64,000 nucleotides of DNA, from NCBI GenBank assembly GCA_965226235.1, contig OZ245335.1, positions 1,260,427 to 1,324,426 of the forward strand, in the 5' to 3' direction. The notes beneath the pieces were generated by a model, which was not told where the DNA came from, ran no database searches, and saw nothing but the letters and a program-made list of their open reading frames with translations. This stretch comes from Candidatus Oxydemutatoraceae bacterium. GTDB lineage: Bacteria > Pseudomonadota > Gammaproteobacteria > Poriferisulfidales > Oxydemutatoraceae. Positions 29,972-40,553 of this stretch are shown piece after piece (the stretch's first letter is position 1; each line of letters opens with the position of its first letter). A program made the translations under genes and the position numbers.

Positions 29972-30892
29972 ATGACCTTGCACCAACTGAGGATTATAGC
30001 CGCGCTGATCAGCAACCGTCTCAACGTTTCTGTGGCGGCCAACGAGCTCTACCGAGGGCAATCCGCGTTGAGCAACCAGTTGCGCCTTCTGGAAGAGGAG
30101 TTTGGCGGAAAGCTGTTCGAGCGGCACGGAAAGCGTCTGACAAAACCGACCCTGCTGTGCAAAGCGCTATTGCCCGAAATCAAATGCATGCTGATTGCGG
30201 AAAAAAATGTCAAATCCCTGGCCAGGGAACACGCAAACCCCGACAAGGGCGAGTTGAGAATCGCGACCACACATACGCAGGCACGTTATTTTCTACCGAA
30301 GGCCATTGCTGAATTTCTTGCCCGGTATCCCGAAGTTCGTCTGGGCATTCACCAAGGCAGCCCCGCTGACTTCATGAGCATGCTGAAACGACACAGAATA
30401 GACTTGGCAGTCTTTTCCAGCGAAGGAAATATCCCTGCCGACTTCATGAAAACCAGGTGCTACACGTGGAACCGCGTGCTGATTCTCCCCGACGGCCATA
30501 CATTGGCAAACGAGCGTATTACGCTGAAAAAAATAGCGCACCATCCGATCATTACCTACCCTCCTGGTTTTTCCGACCGTGGCCTGATAGAAAGTACGTT
30601 TGACCGCGCGGGAGTGAACATCGACGTCGCTTTCAGCGCGGAGGATACCGAGGTCATCAAAACTTACGTGCGCCTCAAACTCGGCATCGCCATCGTCGCG
30701 CAAATGGCGAAGCCACAAGCCGCCGAAGAAAACGGCAGTGGCGGCCTGGTTTATCGAGATCTCTCCCACCTGTTTAGAAGCTCGACTACCTGCGCCGTAC
30801 AACTCAAAGGTTTGGTGATGCGCGAATATATGCGGAAGTTCACCCAGATGCTGTATCTGAACGGAGAGCGGTTTGAAAGAACCCTGGGATAG
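29972..30892 (+). CDS. cysB: LysR-family regulator of the CysB/Cbl type
   Basis: The N-terminal HTH MTLHQLRIIAALISNRLNVSVAANELYRGQSALSNQLRLLEEEFGGKLF and the ATTHTQARYFLP motif parallel E. coli CysB (ATTHTQARYALP). Confidence 0.65.
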   Translation: MTLHQLRIIAALISNRLNVSVAANELYRGQSALSNQLRLLEEEFGGKLFERHGKRLTKPTLLCKALLPEIKCMLIAEKNVKSLAREHANPDKGELRIATTHTQARYFLPKAIAEFLARYPEVRLGIHQGSPADFMSMLKRHRIDLAVFSSEGNIPADFMKTRCYTWNRVLILPDGHTLANERITLKKIAHHPIITYPPGFSDRGLIESTFDRAGVNIDVAFSAEDTEVIKTYVRLKLGIAIVAQMAKPQAAEENGSGGLVYRDLSHLFRSSTTCAVQLKGLVMREYMRKFTQMLYLNGERFERTLG

Positions 30893-30894
30893 TT

Positions 30895-31461
30895 TCAGGT
30901 TTTTGGCAAGGTGACGCCTGACTGACCTTGATATTTGCCCTTGCGGTCCTTGTAGGACACTTCGCATGGGTGGTCGGACTCAAAAAACAGCATCTGCGCA
31001 ACGCCTTCGTTGGCATAAATCCTTGCCGGCAGCGGGGTCGTGTTTGAAAACTCCAGGGTGACGTGCCCTTCCCATTCGGGTTCAAGCGGCGTCACGTTGA
31101 CAATTATGCCGCACCTGGCATATGTCGACTTGCCGACACAGATGGTCAACACCGATCGCGGTATACGAAACCGTTCGACGGTACTGGCCAGGGCGAAAGA
31201 ATTCGGTGGAATCATGCAGACATCGGCCTGCACGTCGACAAAGCTGTCTTCGTCGAACGATTTGGGATCGACGATGGCGGAGTTGATGTTGGTAAACACC
31301 TTGAAATGATTGCTGCAACGCACATCGTAGCCGTAGCTCGAAGTCCCGTAAGACACGATGCGGTTGCCGTCCAGGCAACTGATCTGGTGGGGTTCGAACG
31401 GCTCGATCATCCGATGCCTGCTCGCCATCTGCCGAATCCATTGGTCGGATTTGATCGCCAT
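30895..31461 (-). CDS. dcd: dCTP deaminase
   Basis: A 188 aa protein. The motif [36 protein letters not shown] matches the Dcd active-site region. Confidence 0.9.
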   Translation of the reverse strand: MAIKSDQWIRQMASRHRMIEPFEPHQISCLDGNRIVSYGTSSYGYDVRCSNHFKVFTNINSAIVDPKSFDEDSFVDVQADVCMIPPNSFALASTVERFRIPRSVLTICVGKSTYARCGIIVNVTPLEPEWEGHVTLEFSNTTPLPARIYANEGVAQMLFFESDHPCEVSYKDRKGKYQGQSGVTLPKT

Positions 31462-31484
31462 TTCTCCGCAACCGGAATCGGCTC

Positions 31485-32570
31485 TCAGTCGTTCTGGATG
31501 ACGATCCTGGGAAACCTGGCGGAGTAATCCTTGCCACGTGCCGCCAAACGACCTGCGACGCGCCTTGCGATAGCGCGGTAGATTTCGGCCACACGCCCCT
31601 CGGGCTCTGCGACCACGGGAGGCATGCCGCTATCGGTCTGTTCGCGAATGGCAACATCAAGGGGCAGACACCCCAGCAACTCTACCTTGTTTTCCTTCGC
31701 TATTCTTTCGCCTCCGCCACTGCCGAAGATCGGCTCTTCATTACCACACTGCTTGCAGATATGCAGGCTCATATTTTCAATAATCCCCAATAGCGGCACG
31801 TCGACTTTCTCGAACATCTTTATGCCCTTGCGAGCATCCAGCAACGCGATGTTTTGCGGGGTGGTCACAATAACCGCGCCGCTGACCGGAACCTTCTGTG
31901 CCAGGGTCAACTGCACATCGCCGGTGCCCGGCGGCAAGTCAATCACCAGGTAATCAAGGTCGCGCCAGTTGGTGTCGTTGAGCAACTGCTCCAACGCCTG
32001 GGTAATCATTGGCCCGCGCCAGATCATGGGTGTTTCTTCGTCGATCAAAAACCCGATGGACATCGCCTGCAGGCCATGGTTTTCAATCGGCTCCAGAGTC
32101 TTCCCATCCTTGGATTCCGGCTGCCCCTTGATGCCCAGCATCATCGGTTGGCTGGGACCGTAGATGTCGGCGTCAAGAATACCCACCCGCGCACCTTCGG
32201 CCAGCAACGCAAGCGCCAGGTTGACGGAAGTCGTGGATTTCCCAACGCCACCCTTGCCCGAAGCAACCGCGATGACGTTCCTGATGTTTTCCATCGGCTT
32301 CAGGCTCTTTTGTACCGAATGCGACTGGATTTCCCAATTGACGCTGACTTCAACGCTTTTGACCCCGGGCAAGGACTGCAGTTTTGTTTGCACCGCATCC
32401 GACAAATCATTGATGTACCCGTGCGCCGGGTAACCGAGGCAAAGGTCTATCGACACCTTGCCATCCACCACCGAAAGGTCTTTGAGCACACCACCGGCAA
32501 GCAATCCCTTGCCCGTGTGAGGGTCTTGCATTTCTGCCAACAGATTTTCTACGACGGTCTTGTCAGGCAT
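31485..32570 (-). CDS. apbC: Fe-S cluster carrier ATPase ApbC/Mrp (NBP35 family)
   Basis: An N-terminal DUF59 domain, the deviant Walker [11 protein letters not shown], the CxxC motif CKQC, and a length of 361 aa. Confidence 0.9.
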   Translation of the reverse strand: MPDKTVVENLLAEMQDPHTGKGLLAGGVLKDLSVVDGKVSIDLCLGYPAHGYINDLSDAVQTKLQSLPGVKSVEVSVNWEIQSHSVQKSLKPMENIRNVIAVASGKGGVGKSTTSVNLALALLAEGARVGILDADIYGPSQPMMLGIKGQPESKDGKTLEPIENHGLQAMSIGFLIDEETPMIWRGPMITQALEQLLNDTNWRDLDYLVIDLPPGTGDVQLTLAQKVPVSGAVIVTTPQNIALLDARKGIKMFEKVDVPLLGIIENMSLHICKQCGNEEPIFGSGGGERIAKENKVELLGCLPLDVAIREQTDSGMPPVVAEPEGRVAEIYRAIARRVAGRLAARGKDYSARFPRIVIQND

Positions 32571-32879
32571 CGACTAAATGTGCACATTGTGTAATGGGCG
32601 TTCGCTAATATACCATGCCGGTTTCGGCAAATCTGCAGACCCGCGTGTTAACCCAATCCTTAGCTGCAGGGGCGACACAACCCGGGACAACATGGCCTGC
32701 CGGCCACCACCTGTGGGCCAGACCGAGCGGGATGCCCGGTCTGGCCACGCGGGTTGGCCGGTTCAGCCTGTGGGTCTTACAAGGGAAGCGAAATGCCTGC
32801 CCATACCAGATCGTGGTCGAGTGCTTCATCCCGAGTCAGGTTCCCGCCTGCAATCGAATAGCTGATGTAAGCAGTCAGT

Positions 32880-33488
32880 TCACGCTCGCCAGGAAGAGTC
32901 ATCGGCCAGGACATACGGCGACAGCGTAAATCCGGAGAACTCGAACTCCCCTTCCATGGACACCACCAGTAACTCGCCATAGTTCAGATCGCTATAGGCG
33001 AACTCGATGCCCGGCGTCCACGTCTCCCATCCATCGTAGGACAAGGTAGCCGTGTACTCGTTGTAGTAAAGAGTTTCGTCTCCTGCCCCATAGTCGGCCT
33101 CTATGAAAAACCGGGAAAAGAAGACAGAGCCGCTGAAGTCGCCAAGGGACCGGCCAAAGCCGAGAATCACTTCAGCTTCCCGATAATCTTCGCTGGGTGC
33201 CCCAAGGAGTATCGCTTCGGCAAAAAAATCACCGCTCCGGGTCTCCTGTGAAACATTCATAACGAGGCTGAAAAGCCCTCCTTCGCCACGCTCAAAACTG
33301 TTGTCAAGAACGTCGTAGCCCTCCAGCATGTAGCGCGTGTGATAACCAACCTCGCCTTCAAGCTCCACCGCGGCTACCTGCCCCATCGGCAACGCAACCA
33401 GCAGGACAAACAGCAGGGAAACCCTTCGGTATGCCTTTCCCCAGGCATGTGAACCTGCAATTTTTCCATACAAAGAAAACATAACCAT
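32880..33488 (-). CDS. Hypothetical secreted acidic protein with a signal peptide and beta-strand-rich, OMP-like sequence. A possible +1 frameshift continues into ORF 32777..32980.
   Basis: The segment MVMFSLYG...LLFVLLVALPMGQVAAVE looks like a signal peptide. Aromatic and polar residues alternate. No homolog recognised. Confidence 0.35.
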   Translation of the reverse strand: MVMFSLYGKIAGSHAWGKAYRRVSLLFVLLVALPMGQVAAVELEGEVGYHTRYMLEGYDVLDNSFERGEGGLFSLVMNVSQETRSGDFFAEAILLGAPSEDYREAEVILGFGRSLGDFSGSVFFSRFFIEADYGAGDETLYYNEYTATLSYDGWETWTPGIEFAYSDLNYGELLVVSMEGEFEFSGFTLSPYVLADDSSWRA

Positions 33489-33937
33489 CGTTAAGTGCCT
33501 CTTGATAACTGTAAGAGTCGCGGGAATAACGCACGAGAACACAAACACCGCAATTGCATCCGTGTGCCTTGATACCTGCCTTTTGGGGTATGGTTCGGCG
33601 TGTCCGACAATCGGCACCGGATCGACAAACACAACTGCCACAAGCTGCACAACCTTTGTAGGCCGCGCACCCATTTATCACCACATTCATATCCGTTATT
33701 CACAAGCCGCATAAATAGAGCCCTCGGTAAAGCGGATGGGCCTGAGAGAATTGAACCTGGTTTATGCACGGCTTCCCTGTTGTACCGGGTTGTGTCGCCC
33801 TTGCAGGTGAATCTGTGCGGACGTGTTGTTGGGCGAGGCATGCCTCGCCCCTACAAAACGCTGCAAATAAGCCAGGCCCGATTTCATCGAATTGTGTATA
33901 GTATCCATGTTGCGTGAACCAACATGGGTATTTGAGA

Positions 33938-34018
33938 ATGAACGTCTACAAAACCTCCGCCATTATCGTCGGCCTCGTCATCATCGGGTTGGCTATCTAT
34001 ATGGCGAACTTCCAGTAG
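33938..34018 (+). CDS. Candidate 26-aa hydrophobic small ORF (MNVYKTSAIIVGLVIIGLAIYMANFQ) in the 640-bp intergenic region upstream of fimT
   Basis: Found by manual translation; it is below the ORF-track size cutoff. It has a single predicted TM helix and is preceded by an 8-bp-stem hairpin at 33905..33927. There is no strong SD. Confidence 0.2.
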   Translation: MNVYKTSAIIVGLVIIGLAIYMANFQ

Positions 34019-34150
34019 CCCTGCGCCCGCGACATCCGCCTGCATCCATCAGGCAACCGCACGCACACTGGCCGACCTTTCGGCCACCGTTAGACCGCCG
34101 TACGTCCGGTATCCTGGCCGCGTGGCACACAGTTGCGATACAACCACTGC

Positions 34151-34675
34151 ATGCACCAGCGTGGCTTTACCCTGATCGAGTTGCTGCTCGTTCTCGCGGC
34201 GGGCACTGCAGCACTGACGCTATCGATGCAGACTTTCAAACAGCTATCCGAGCGCGGGCTGCTCATCCATCCCATGGCAAAAATTTCGGAGGCGCTACGG
34301 TTTGCGCGCGCGATGGCGATCGGGAGCAGACGCAGCATCAGCTTATGCCCCAGTAAAGATGGCTATTCATGCACGGATAGCACAGGATACGAACAGGGCT
34401 GGATTATTTTTGCAGACGACGACAACCTGGGCCGACGCGACCCGGACGAACCGTTGTTGACAACCGAGGGTGCTTTCAGCCGGCGCATTACCCTCCGCTC
34501 GAATACATTTGCCACATTCATCAGCTTTCATGCCGATGGCCGTGCCAGCACCAATGGTAATTTCGTCGCCTGCGCGGACGGACACCCGGACAACGCGATG
34601 GGCATCTTCGTGATCCGCTCCGGAAGGCTACGCAAGACCCCCGCTGATGCCATCGAACAATGTTTCTCGACATGA
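34151..34675 (+). CDS. fimT: Type IV minor pilin FimT/GspH family
   Basis: Prepilin leader and N-methylation motif QRGFTLIELLLVLAAG. It is the first gene of the minor-pilin operon. Confidence 0.7.
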   Translation: MHQRGFTLIELLLVLAAGTAALTLSMQTFKQLSERGLLIHPMAKISEALRFARAMAIGSRRSISLCPSKDGYSCTDSTGYEQGWIIFADDDNLGRRDPDEPLLTTEGAFSRRITLRSNTFATFISFHADGRASTNGNFVACADGHPDNAMGIFVIRSGRLRKTPADAIEQCFST

Positions 34676-35160
34676 GAACGCGAGCAACAGGGCACAGCTT
34701 GATCGAATTGCTCGTCACGCTGGCTTTGACATCGACGGGGGTGATCGGCTTCATGCATGTGCAACATTGGCGTGAGACCACCGAGATCGAGCTACTCGCG
34801 CGAATTCAGGCTTCGATGCTGGTACACGACATGTCGCGCAAAATCGATGCCAATTCCGGTGCGCTCGCCGCCTATCGCACCGCCTATGGCTTGCCGCCCC
34901 CGATCGAGACGCGCTGCCGACACGACTCCTGCTTCCCTGATGAGCTTGCACGCTTTCATGTCGCACAGTGGAAATGCCGCCTCGGGCAATGGGCAGGCAA
35001 CCCGGTTTGTCGCGACGCGCCGGCGGCACCGGTTGCTCTGCCCGCGGGCGACGGCAGGATCACCCTGGCAAACAACGGAATCGACATCGCTGTTCGCTGG
35101 CTTGGCAGCAACCAGCAGCTCCAGTCATTTGAACTGGACTACCCATTGACGGAGCATTGA
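34672..35160 (+). CDS. pilV: Type IV pilus minor pilin PilV
   Basis: The class III signal GHSLIELLVTLAL is present. An ATGA overlap joins it to the fimT stop. Confidence 0.7.
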   Translation: MRTRATGHSLIELLVTLALTSTGVIGFMHVQHWRETTEIELLARIQASMLVHDMSRKIDANSGALAAYRTAYGLPPPIETRCRHDSCFPDELARFHVAQWKCRLGQWAGNPVCRDAPAAPVALPAGDGRITLANNGIDIAVRWLGSNQQLQSFELDYPLTEH

Positions 35161-36128
35161 GCCCTCCCCCAAACACCGGAGCCCACGGGGTTACGTTGAT
35201 CGAGACGCTGCTCGCTGCCGCGCTGGGAGCGGTCATCCTCACCGCGCTGCTCACCTTGTACCAGCGTGGAGTCGCGGGGCACGCGTTCGCGGCAAGCCGC
35301 AACGCGTTGACCGAGAAGATCTGGACCATCGATCGCTTGTTTGCCGATGAACTGCACCTCACCGACGGCTCTTTCTGCCGACCCGACGCAACCACCTTCA
35401 ACCTGGTCAACCACTCCCTGACCGAAACCTGGCTGCGTGCGTTCGACCAGCCGGTGCAAATCACCGACGACAGCATGACGGTGCTGAAAACCGGCATCCC
35501 GGTGCCGCTGGAAAGCCACGACACCGACAGGGCGCGACTGACCCTCACACACGCGGCACCCTTTGAACGCGGTGGTCTGCTCGTGGTCTGCGACGATGAA
35601 GTCTCCGTTTTGCTGCAGATCACACACACCGCGAACGGCAAACGCACCTTTGGCTACGCCCCCGACGCCAGCGTGCATCCGGGCAACTGCAATTCACCTT
35701 TCGCAGTGGACGGTTGCGGACCCGAAGGGTACCGCTTTCTCGCCGGCGCGCTGGTTGCTCCCTACCGACCGGTTACATTTTTTATCGCGGCGACGGGTGA
35801 TCGCGCTCCAGCCCTGCACCGCAGGCAACTCGTCATCACAAACACCGCTGGCGGAGACGCAATCGCAAGATTGCTCTCCGAAGAAATCGCCGAAAACGTC
35901 ATCGCGCTGAAGGCACGGGCCGGTGTGACGGCTGCAGCGGGCCAGATAGCTCTGACGCAGAACCCGCAAACAGGTAAAGTCGTCTTGCTCGATATCGGGT
36001 TTGTTGCCGGCATCGACACCGGTACCTTCGCCATGCTCTCGAACAAGCCGCTGCACCTGTTTGGCGAGACCGTTGCATTACCCGCCGGTCAACTGTTTGC
36101 CAGTCATGAACTCAGCGTCAGGCTGTAA
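35157..36128 (+). CDS. pilW: Type IV pilus assembly protein PilW
   Basis: The prepilin N-terminus GVTLIETLLAAALG and a length of 323 aa typical of PilW. It overlaps pilV by 4 bp. Confidence 0.7.
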   Translation: MSPPPNTGAHGVTLIETLLAAALGAVILTALLTLYQRGVAGHAFAASRNALTEKIWTIDRLFADELHLTDGSFCRPDATTFNLVNHSLTETWLRAFDQPVQITDDSMTVLKTGIPVPLESHDTDRARLTLTHAAPFERGGLLVVCDDEVSVLLQITHTANGKRTFGYAPDASVHPGNCNSPFAVDGCGPEGYRFLAGALVAPYRPVTFFIAATGDRAPALHRRQLVITNTAGGDAIARLLSEEIAENVIALKARAGVTAAAGQIALTQNPQTGKVVLLDIGFVAGIDTGTFAMLSNKPLHLFGETVALPAGQLFASHELSVRL

Positions 36129-36546
36129 AGCCCGCGGCAGTACCCTGATTCTGTCCCTGGTGATGATCTCGATACTATCGACCCTCTCGCTGGCGGGACT
36201 CGCTCGCACCGGCAACCAGTCGCAACTCGCAGCCGTGCTCGCGCACCAGGCCACGCTACAGGCACAAGCCCGCCGCACACTCGTCACCGCCTCGCGCCGC
36301 GTCAGCGTGACGGATGCGGAGCACATCGGGCCACCGGTACCGGGATGCCCCGCGCAGTGTGACTGGAGACACGCTCGGTCGGTCCACACGGACACGGACA
36401 TCACTGCTGCCTATATCGTGCAACAGCTTGCGCCCGAGGTGCGGCAGTTTTTGATCAGCGTCCGTGCAACGCAGCCAACCGGCGGCGAGTTCATCCTGCA
36501 CGGGTTGTTTGACGCGGACGAAAACCGCTTCCGCTTCATCCTGTGA
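36106..36546 (+). CDS. pilX: Type IV pilus assembly protein PilX
   Basis: The N-terminus GSTLILSLVMISILSTL is a PilX_N-like hydrophobic segment. ATG at 36106 lies inside the 36001 ORF. Confidence 0.6.
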   Translation: MNSASGCKARGSTLILSLVMISILSTLSLAGLARTGNQSQLAAVLAHQATLQAQARRTLVTASRRVSVTDAEHIGPPVPGCPAQCDWRHARSVHTDTDITAAYIVQQLAPEVRQFLISVRATQPTGGEFILHGLFDADENRFRFIL

Positions 36547-36566
36547 AACGCGCCGCAGACCTGTGC

Positions 36567-36971
36567 ATGGACGCCAAAGCGGCATCCGGCATACGCGGGT
36601 TTTCCCTTATCGAACTACTGGCGGTGGTCATCATCGTTGCAACGCTGGCGACAGTCGCGACGCCCCTGTATCGAAAACACGCACAGCAACTGCGCTACCT
36701 CGACGGCCAAACCAGGCTACTCGAGCTAATGGGCCTCGAACACCGCTACTACGCGGAAGCGTTGGCTTATACCGATAATTTCGAACAACTTGGCCTGGAT
36801 GGCGAAACCGCGAACCTTTCTGCACATGGGCATTATCGAATCTCCGCCGCCGCCTGCGAAGATAATCTGAACCTGTGTGTAACACTCACCGCCTCCCCCA
36901 CCCGACACGCCAATGCCGTGATGACGCTGGATTCACGGGGACGACGTGCGCCGGCCGATGTCTGGCGCTGA
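36567..36971 (+). CDS. pilE: Type IV pilin PilE-like minor pilin
   Basis: A GFSLIELLAVVIIVATLATVA prepilin N-terminus and a size of about 135 aa. It follows pilX directly, with no pilY1 between them. Confidence 0.65.
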   Translation: MDAKAASGIRGFSLIELLAVVIIVATLATVATPLYRKHAQQLRYLDGQTRLLELMGLEHRYYAEALAYTDNFEQLGLDGETANLSAHGHYRISAAACEDNLNLCVTLTASPTRHANAVMTLDSRGRRAPADVWR

Positions 36972-36999
36972 CAGCCTCGGACCCCCCGGAGGTTTCGAT

Positions 37000-37941
37000 T
37001 CAGGTGCCGCTGCGCAACTCCCGCGGCAGCGAAAAAGTAACACGCTCCTGCACGCCGGGCAGTTCGTGCACCTGGCAGTTTCCTTGCTTTACAAGCACCG
37101 CGATGATCTGCTTCACCAGCACTTCCGGAGCAGAAGCACCAGCCGATACGCCGATACGTCGCTTGCCCTCGAGCCAGTCGCTTTTGATCGCGCCGGGCCG
37201 ATCAATCAGGTAGGCGTCGATGCCACGCTTGGTTGCAATTTCGCGCAGACGATTTGAATTGGAACTGTTAGGAGAACCGACAATCAGCACCAGGTCACAA
37301 TCAGAGACGAGACATTTGACCGCATCCTGGCGGTTCTGCGTGGCGTAGCAAATATCGTCCTTGCGCGGTCCGACAATCCCGGGAAACCTCGACTGGAGCA
37401 CGCTGATAACCTTGCGCGTGTCATCTACGGACAACGTTGTCTGGGTGACAAACGCCATATGGTCCGGACGTTTGACCGCCAGATTCTTTGCCTCCTCGAC
37501 TGACTCGACCAGGTAAATATCCCCACCGCAGGAATAATCGTACTGCCCCATTGTCCCCTCGACTTCGGGATGCCCTCGGTGACCAATCAGAATGGTTTCC
37601 CGACCTTCCCGACTATAGCGCATGACTTCCATGTGCACCTTGGTTACTAACGGACAGGTTGCGTCCAGCACTTTGAGACCACGCTGCTTCGCTGCCTCAC
37701 GTACCTCCAGAGACACCCCGTGCGCGCTGAAAACAACGATCGCATCACGCGGCACTTGCTCGATTTCCTGTACGAAAACGGCTCCCCGACGTCGTAAATC
37801 TTCGACGACAAACCGATTATGCACAACCTCGTGACGCACATACACGGGGGAGCCAAACGCCTCGAGTGCTTCGGTGACAATGGCGATCGCTCGATCTACG
37901 CCAGCACAAAAACCTCGCGGATTGGCCAAAAACAGTTGCAT
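37000..37941 (-). CDS. ispH: 4-hydroxy-3-methylbut-2-enyl diphosphate reductase IspH/LytB
   Basis: The N-terminus [19 protein letters not shown] and conserved Fe-S cysteines are present. Start is taken at Met45 of the 357 aa ORF, giving 314 aa. Confidence 0.9.
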   Translation of the reverse strand: MQLFLANPRGFCAGVDRAIAIVTEALEAFGSPVYVRHEVVHNRFVVEDLRRRGAVFVQEIEQVPRDAIVVFSAHGVSLEVREAAKQRGLKVLDATCPLVTKVHMEVMRYSREGRETILIGHRGHPEVEGTMGQYDYSCGGDIYLVESVEEAKNLAVKRPDHMAFVTQTTLSVDDTRKVISVLQSRFPGIVGPRKDDICYATQNRQDAVKCLVSDCDLVLIVGSPNSSNSNRLREIATKRGIDAYLIDRPGAIKSDWLEGKRRIGVSAGASAPEVLVKQIIAVLVKQGNCQVHELPGVQERVTFSLPRELRSGT

Positions 37942-38273
37942 CGGTTTCAAACAAGCGGCTTGTGCATAACCCGGTGATTCAATCCAGGGGGTGGTATGAA
38001 TTGTACACGGAAGTCCCACCCAGGCTTCATCGTTTCCGTTGCAGGAATTTTCATCTTCTCCCGGATGGCACAATGGGCCTCATCTGCAACCCGGCTTCCG
38101 GTGACGCGCCCCTTCGCTTCGCTCTTGCTTCACAATCACCATGACAACCGTTTGCTGTGTCCTTGTTCAGGGAGTTTCGGTGCAGTGGTGCAATATCAGC
38201 TTTTCCTTTATCATTGTCCGAAGGCCAAACGAAATCGACAAGATCGAGCCTGATCTGCTCCGGTAGCCCCCAC

Positions 38274-39383
38274 ATGACATCCGCTTCGCAGGACAATCCT
38301 GCTCTACGCCGTTGCATACAAAAAGTAGCCACGGGCCCTGAATACAGCAAAGACCTGAGCTTTGAAGAGGCACTCGACGGCGGCAAAAGCCTGCTTCGAC
38401 CGGACGCGGACCCAGCGCAGGTCGCGGTTTTCCTCATCGCGCTCAGGATGAAACGTGAAACCGACGATGAGAACGCAGGCATACTGCAGGCGATACTTGA
38501 GAACATAAATCACGTAACCGCACCCGTCGACACGCTGCTGGATATCGGCGAACCCTACAATGGCTATACGCGTTGCGTCCCTGTGTCGGCGTTTCTGCCG
38601 GCAGCGCTGGCAGCGTGCGGTGTCCCTGCCGTCATCCATGGTATCGAAACAATCGGCCCCAAATACGGTGCGACCGCCTGCAAAGTGTTGCGGGCGGCAG
38701 GCAAGGCGATCGACCTCGACAACAACACGGCCGCAACGCAACTAGGTACGGAGGGCTGGGCCTACATCGACCAAAGTCGCTTCTGCCCGCGCCTGCACGC
38801 ATTGCTTTCTCTCAGAAACCGCATGGTCAAGCGTTCGGTGCTAAACACCCTGGAAGTGCTCACGGCACCCATTCATGCGCGCAATCAAACACACCTGCTG
38901 ACGGGATACGTGCACAAAGCCTACCCGCCGGTGTACGCGAACCTTGCGCGGCAAGCAGGCTTTTCTTCCGCCATCATCGTGCGCGGCTCAGAAGGCGGGG
39001 TGATGCCGTCGCTGCGCAGTCCGACCGAGATGTTTGCGTATCACGACCAAGGCGCGGAATACGCCTTGACCATCGACCCGACGGCAGTGAATATCCAGCA
39101 GCAGGTCAAGAATGTGCCGTTGCCGAAATCACTGCCGGGCGTCAAGGCAAAAGACGGCACTGCAGCCAGGATTGACATCGACGCGCTTGCATCGGTGGCA
39201 GCACAGGCAGGACTCGACGCGTTGCAGGGCAACGAGGGGGCACCGCGAGACAGCCTTGTGTTCACGGGCGCGGTGGTGCTGACGCACCTGAAACGGGCAA
39301 CCTCGATGCAGGAAGCTGCGGACCAGGTCAGAGGTGTACTGGACAGCGGCGCGGCGATGGCGCGGTTTGCAGCCGCCGCCTGA
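38274..39383 (+). CDS. ybiB: YbiB/TrpD2-family protein, a nucleic-acid-binding glycosyltransferase-family-3 paralog of TrpD
   Basis: VAVFLIALRMKRE and IGEPYNG align with E. coli YbiB LGGVLIALRIKGE and IPSYNG. The canonical TrpD GTGGDG PRPP motif is absent. Confidence 0.6.
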   Translation: MTSASQDNPALRRCIQKVATGPEYSKDLSFEEALDGGKSLLRPDADPAQVAVFLIALRMKRETDDENAGILQAILENINHVTAPVDTLLDIGEPYNGYTRCVPVSAFLPAALAACGVPAVIHGIETIGPKYGATACKVLRAAGKAIDLDNNTAATQLGTEGWAYIDQSRFCPRLHALLSLRNRMVKRSVLNTLEVLTAPIHARNQTHLLTGYVHKAYPPVYANLARQAGFSSAIIVRGSEGGVMPSLRSPTEMFAYHDQGAEYALTIDPTAVNIQQQVKNVPLPKSLPGVKAKDGTAARIDIDALASVAAQAGLDALQGNEGAPRDSLVFTGAVVLTHLKRATSMQEAADQVRGVLDSGAAMARFAAAA

Positions 39384-39697
39384 TCCGGTCTCGCGCTGGC
39401 GAACCCGCTGGCCGATCGTTGCCTCGATAGCCGAGACACGATCCGGTTATTTCCTGGGCAAAGTAATGCTCTCCTTCGGCACAGCCCCTCCGGTTCCCAA
39501 CAGGCGGCATACCTGTTGACAGACTGACAATACCCTGCCGAAGATTGCCGATCAAATCGGCAGTCGGTACACTTGCATGCTTACAAGCCACACGGCCTGA
39601 TGGCTATTGAGACAAAGGCAGTGAAAAATACAATCATCCACTCACATGCACAACTTTACTTTCATAAAAAAGTTGGTAATCCCGGGAGCATTCAACC

Positions 39698-39892
39698 ATG
39701 AATAAATTCTACTTCGACGCAATCGAAAAAATGGAAAAGGCAGCCGTCGATCCAGAATACATCCTGGGCTGGCAGGGCGGATGCCTGGCCCACCCGCAAC
39801 GCGAGGAACAACGCCTCAGCGAAGCGTATACCGCCGGCTACGAAGACGGCCAAAACAAAACCGCCGACAACTTCGAGAAATGGAAACAGTGA
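39698..39892 (+). CDS. Hypothetical small protein (64 aa)
   Basis: ORF only; no recognisable motif. Confidence 0.25.
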   Translation: MNKFYFDAIEKMEKAAVDPEYILGWQGGCLAHPQREEQRLSEAYTAGYEDGQNKTADNFEKWKQ

Positions 39893-39904
39893 TGCTGTGG
39901 CGAT

Positions 39905-40453
39905 TCACAGCACGGAACGCGTGGCACGTCGCAAACCCTTGAAAATTTCGGGCGCCTCGGCATCCAGGACATAGTCGGGAATCCACTTGCCGTCTTTCTT
40001 GCCCATCGCGCGCTGTACGTGACCGCCGAGTATGCGGCGCATCGTAAAGCCAGGGCCTTCGACCTCATCAAAACTGCATTGCGCGTATTCTTCACTACGC
40101 TGGTTGATCAAATCGATAACCCTTTTCCCATCATCGAATTCGTCACCCACGTCCCGGCGACTTTCGTGCATGATCCCGATGCTGCGCGCGGCAACCGAAG
40201 CAATGAGTTGTGCACGCTTATGGTCATCCAGGCGTTGGTGCGCGAGTCGGTCGACCAAATGGATGGAATAGGCAAGAAATTCACCGATCACATCGAGGCG
40301 CTGTGAGTTTGTGCGTGTCTCGAACCCTTCGTTTTCAAGGTTCAGCAAGCTTTCGATCGCGAGCTTCCAGGCGCTTATCGCGAGCACGCTGCCGAACGCA
40401 CCGGAGGAACGCACCCGGTCTTTCCGATTCCAACGCGTTTTCAGTCGAACCAT
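39905..40453 (-). CDS. Hypothetical protein (182 aa, acidic)
   Basis: ORF only; no recognisable domain. It is divergent from the S24 peptidase gene. Confidence 0.35.
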   Translation of the reverse strand: MVRLKTRWNRKDRVRSSGAFGSVLAISAWKLAIESLLNLENEGFETRTNSQRLDVIGEFLAYSIHLVDRLAHQRLDDHKRAQLIASVAARSIGIMHESRRDVGDEFDDGKRVIDLINQRSEEYAQCSFDEVEGPGFTMRRILGGHVQRAMGKKDGKWIPDYVLDAEAPEIFKGLRRATRSVL

Positions 40454-40553
40454 TATCCTGTCCTGATTACCGGCACTCGGCGCTGCCCGTCATGGCACGG
40501 AGCACGCCCACAAGATAAGATACCCCGGTTCCACTCCTGCGGATTGCCGAATA

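Noticed and set aside
37981-38010. tggtatgaattgtacacgg resembling a LexA-box-like palindrome upstream of ispH
   Set aside because: It does not fit CTGT-N8-ACAG, and it lies within the probable non-coding leader and N-terminal extension region of ispH. Judged coincidental.
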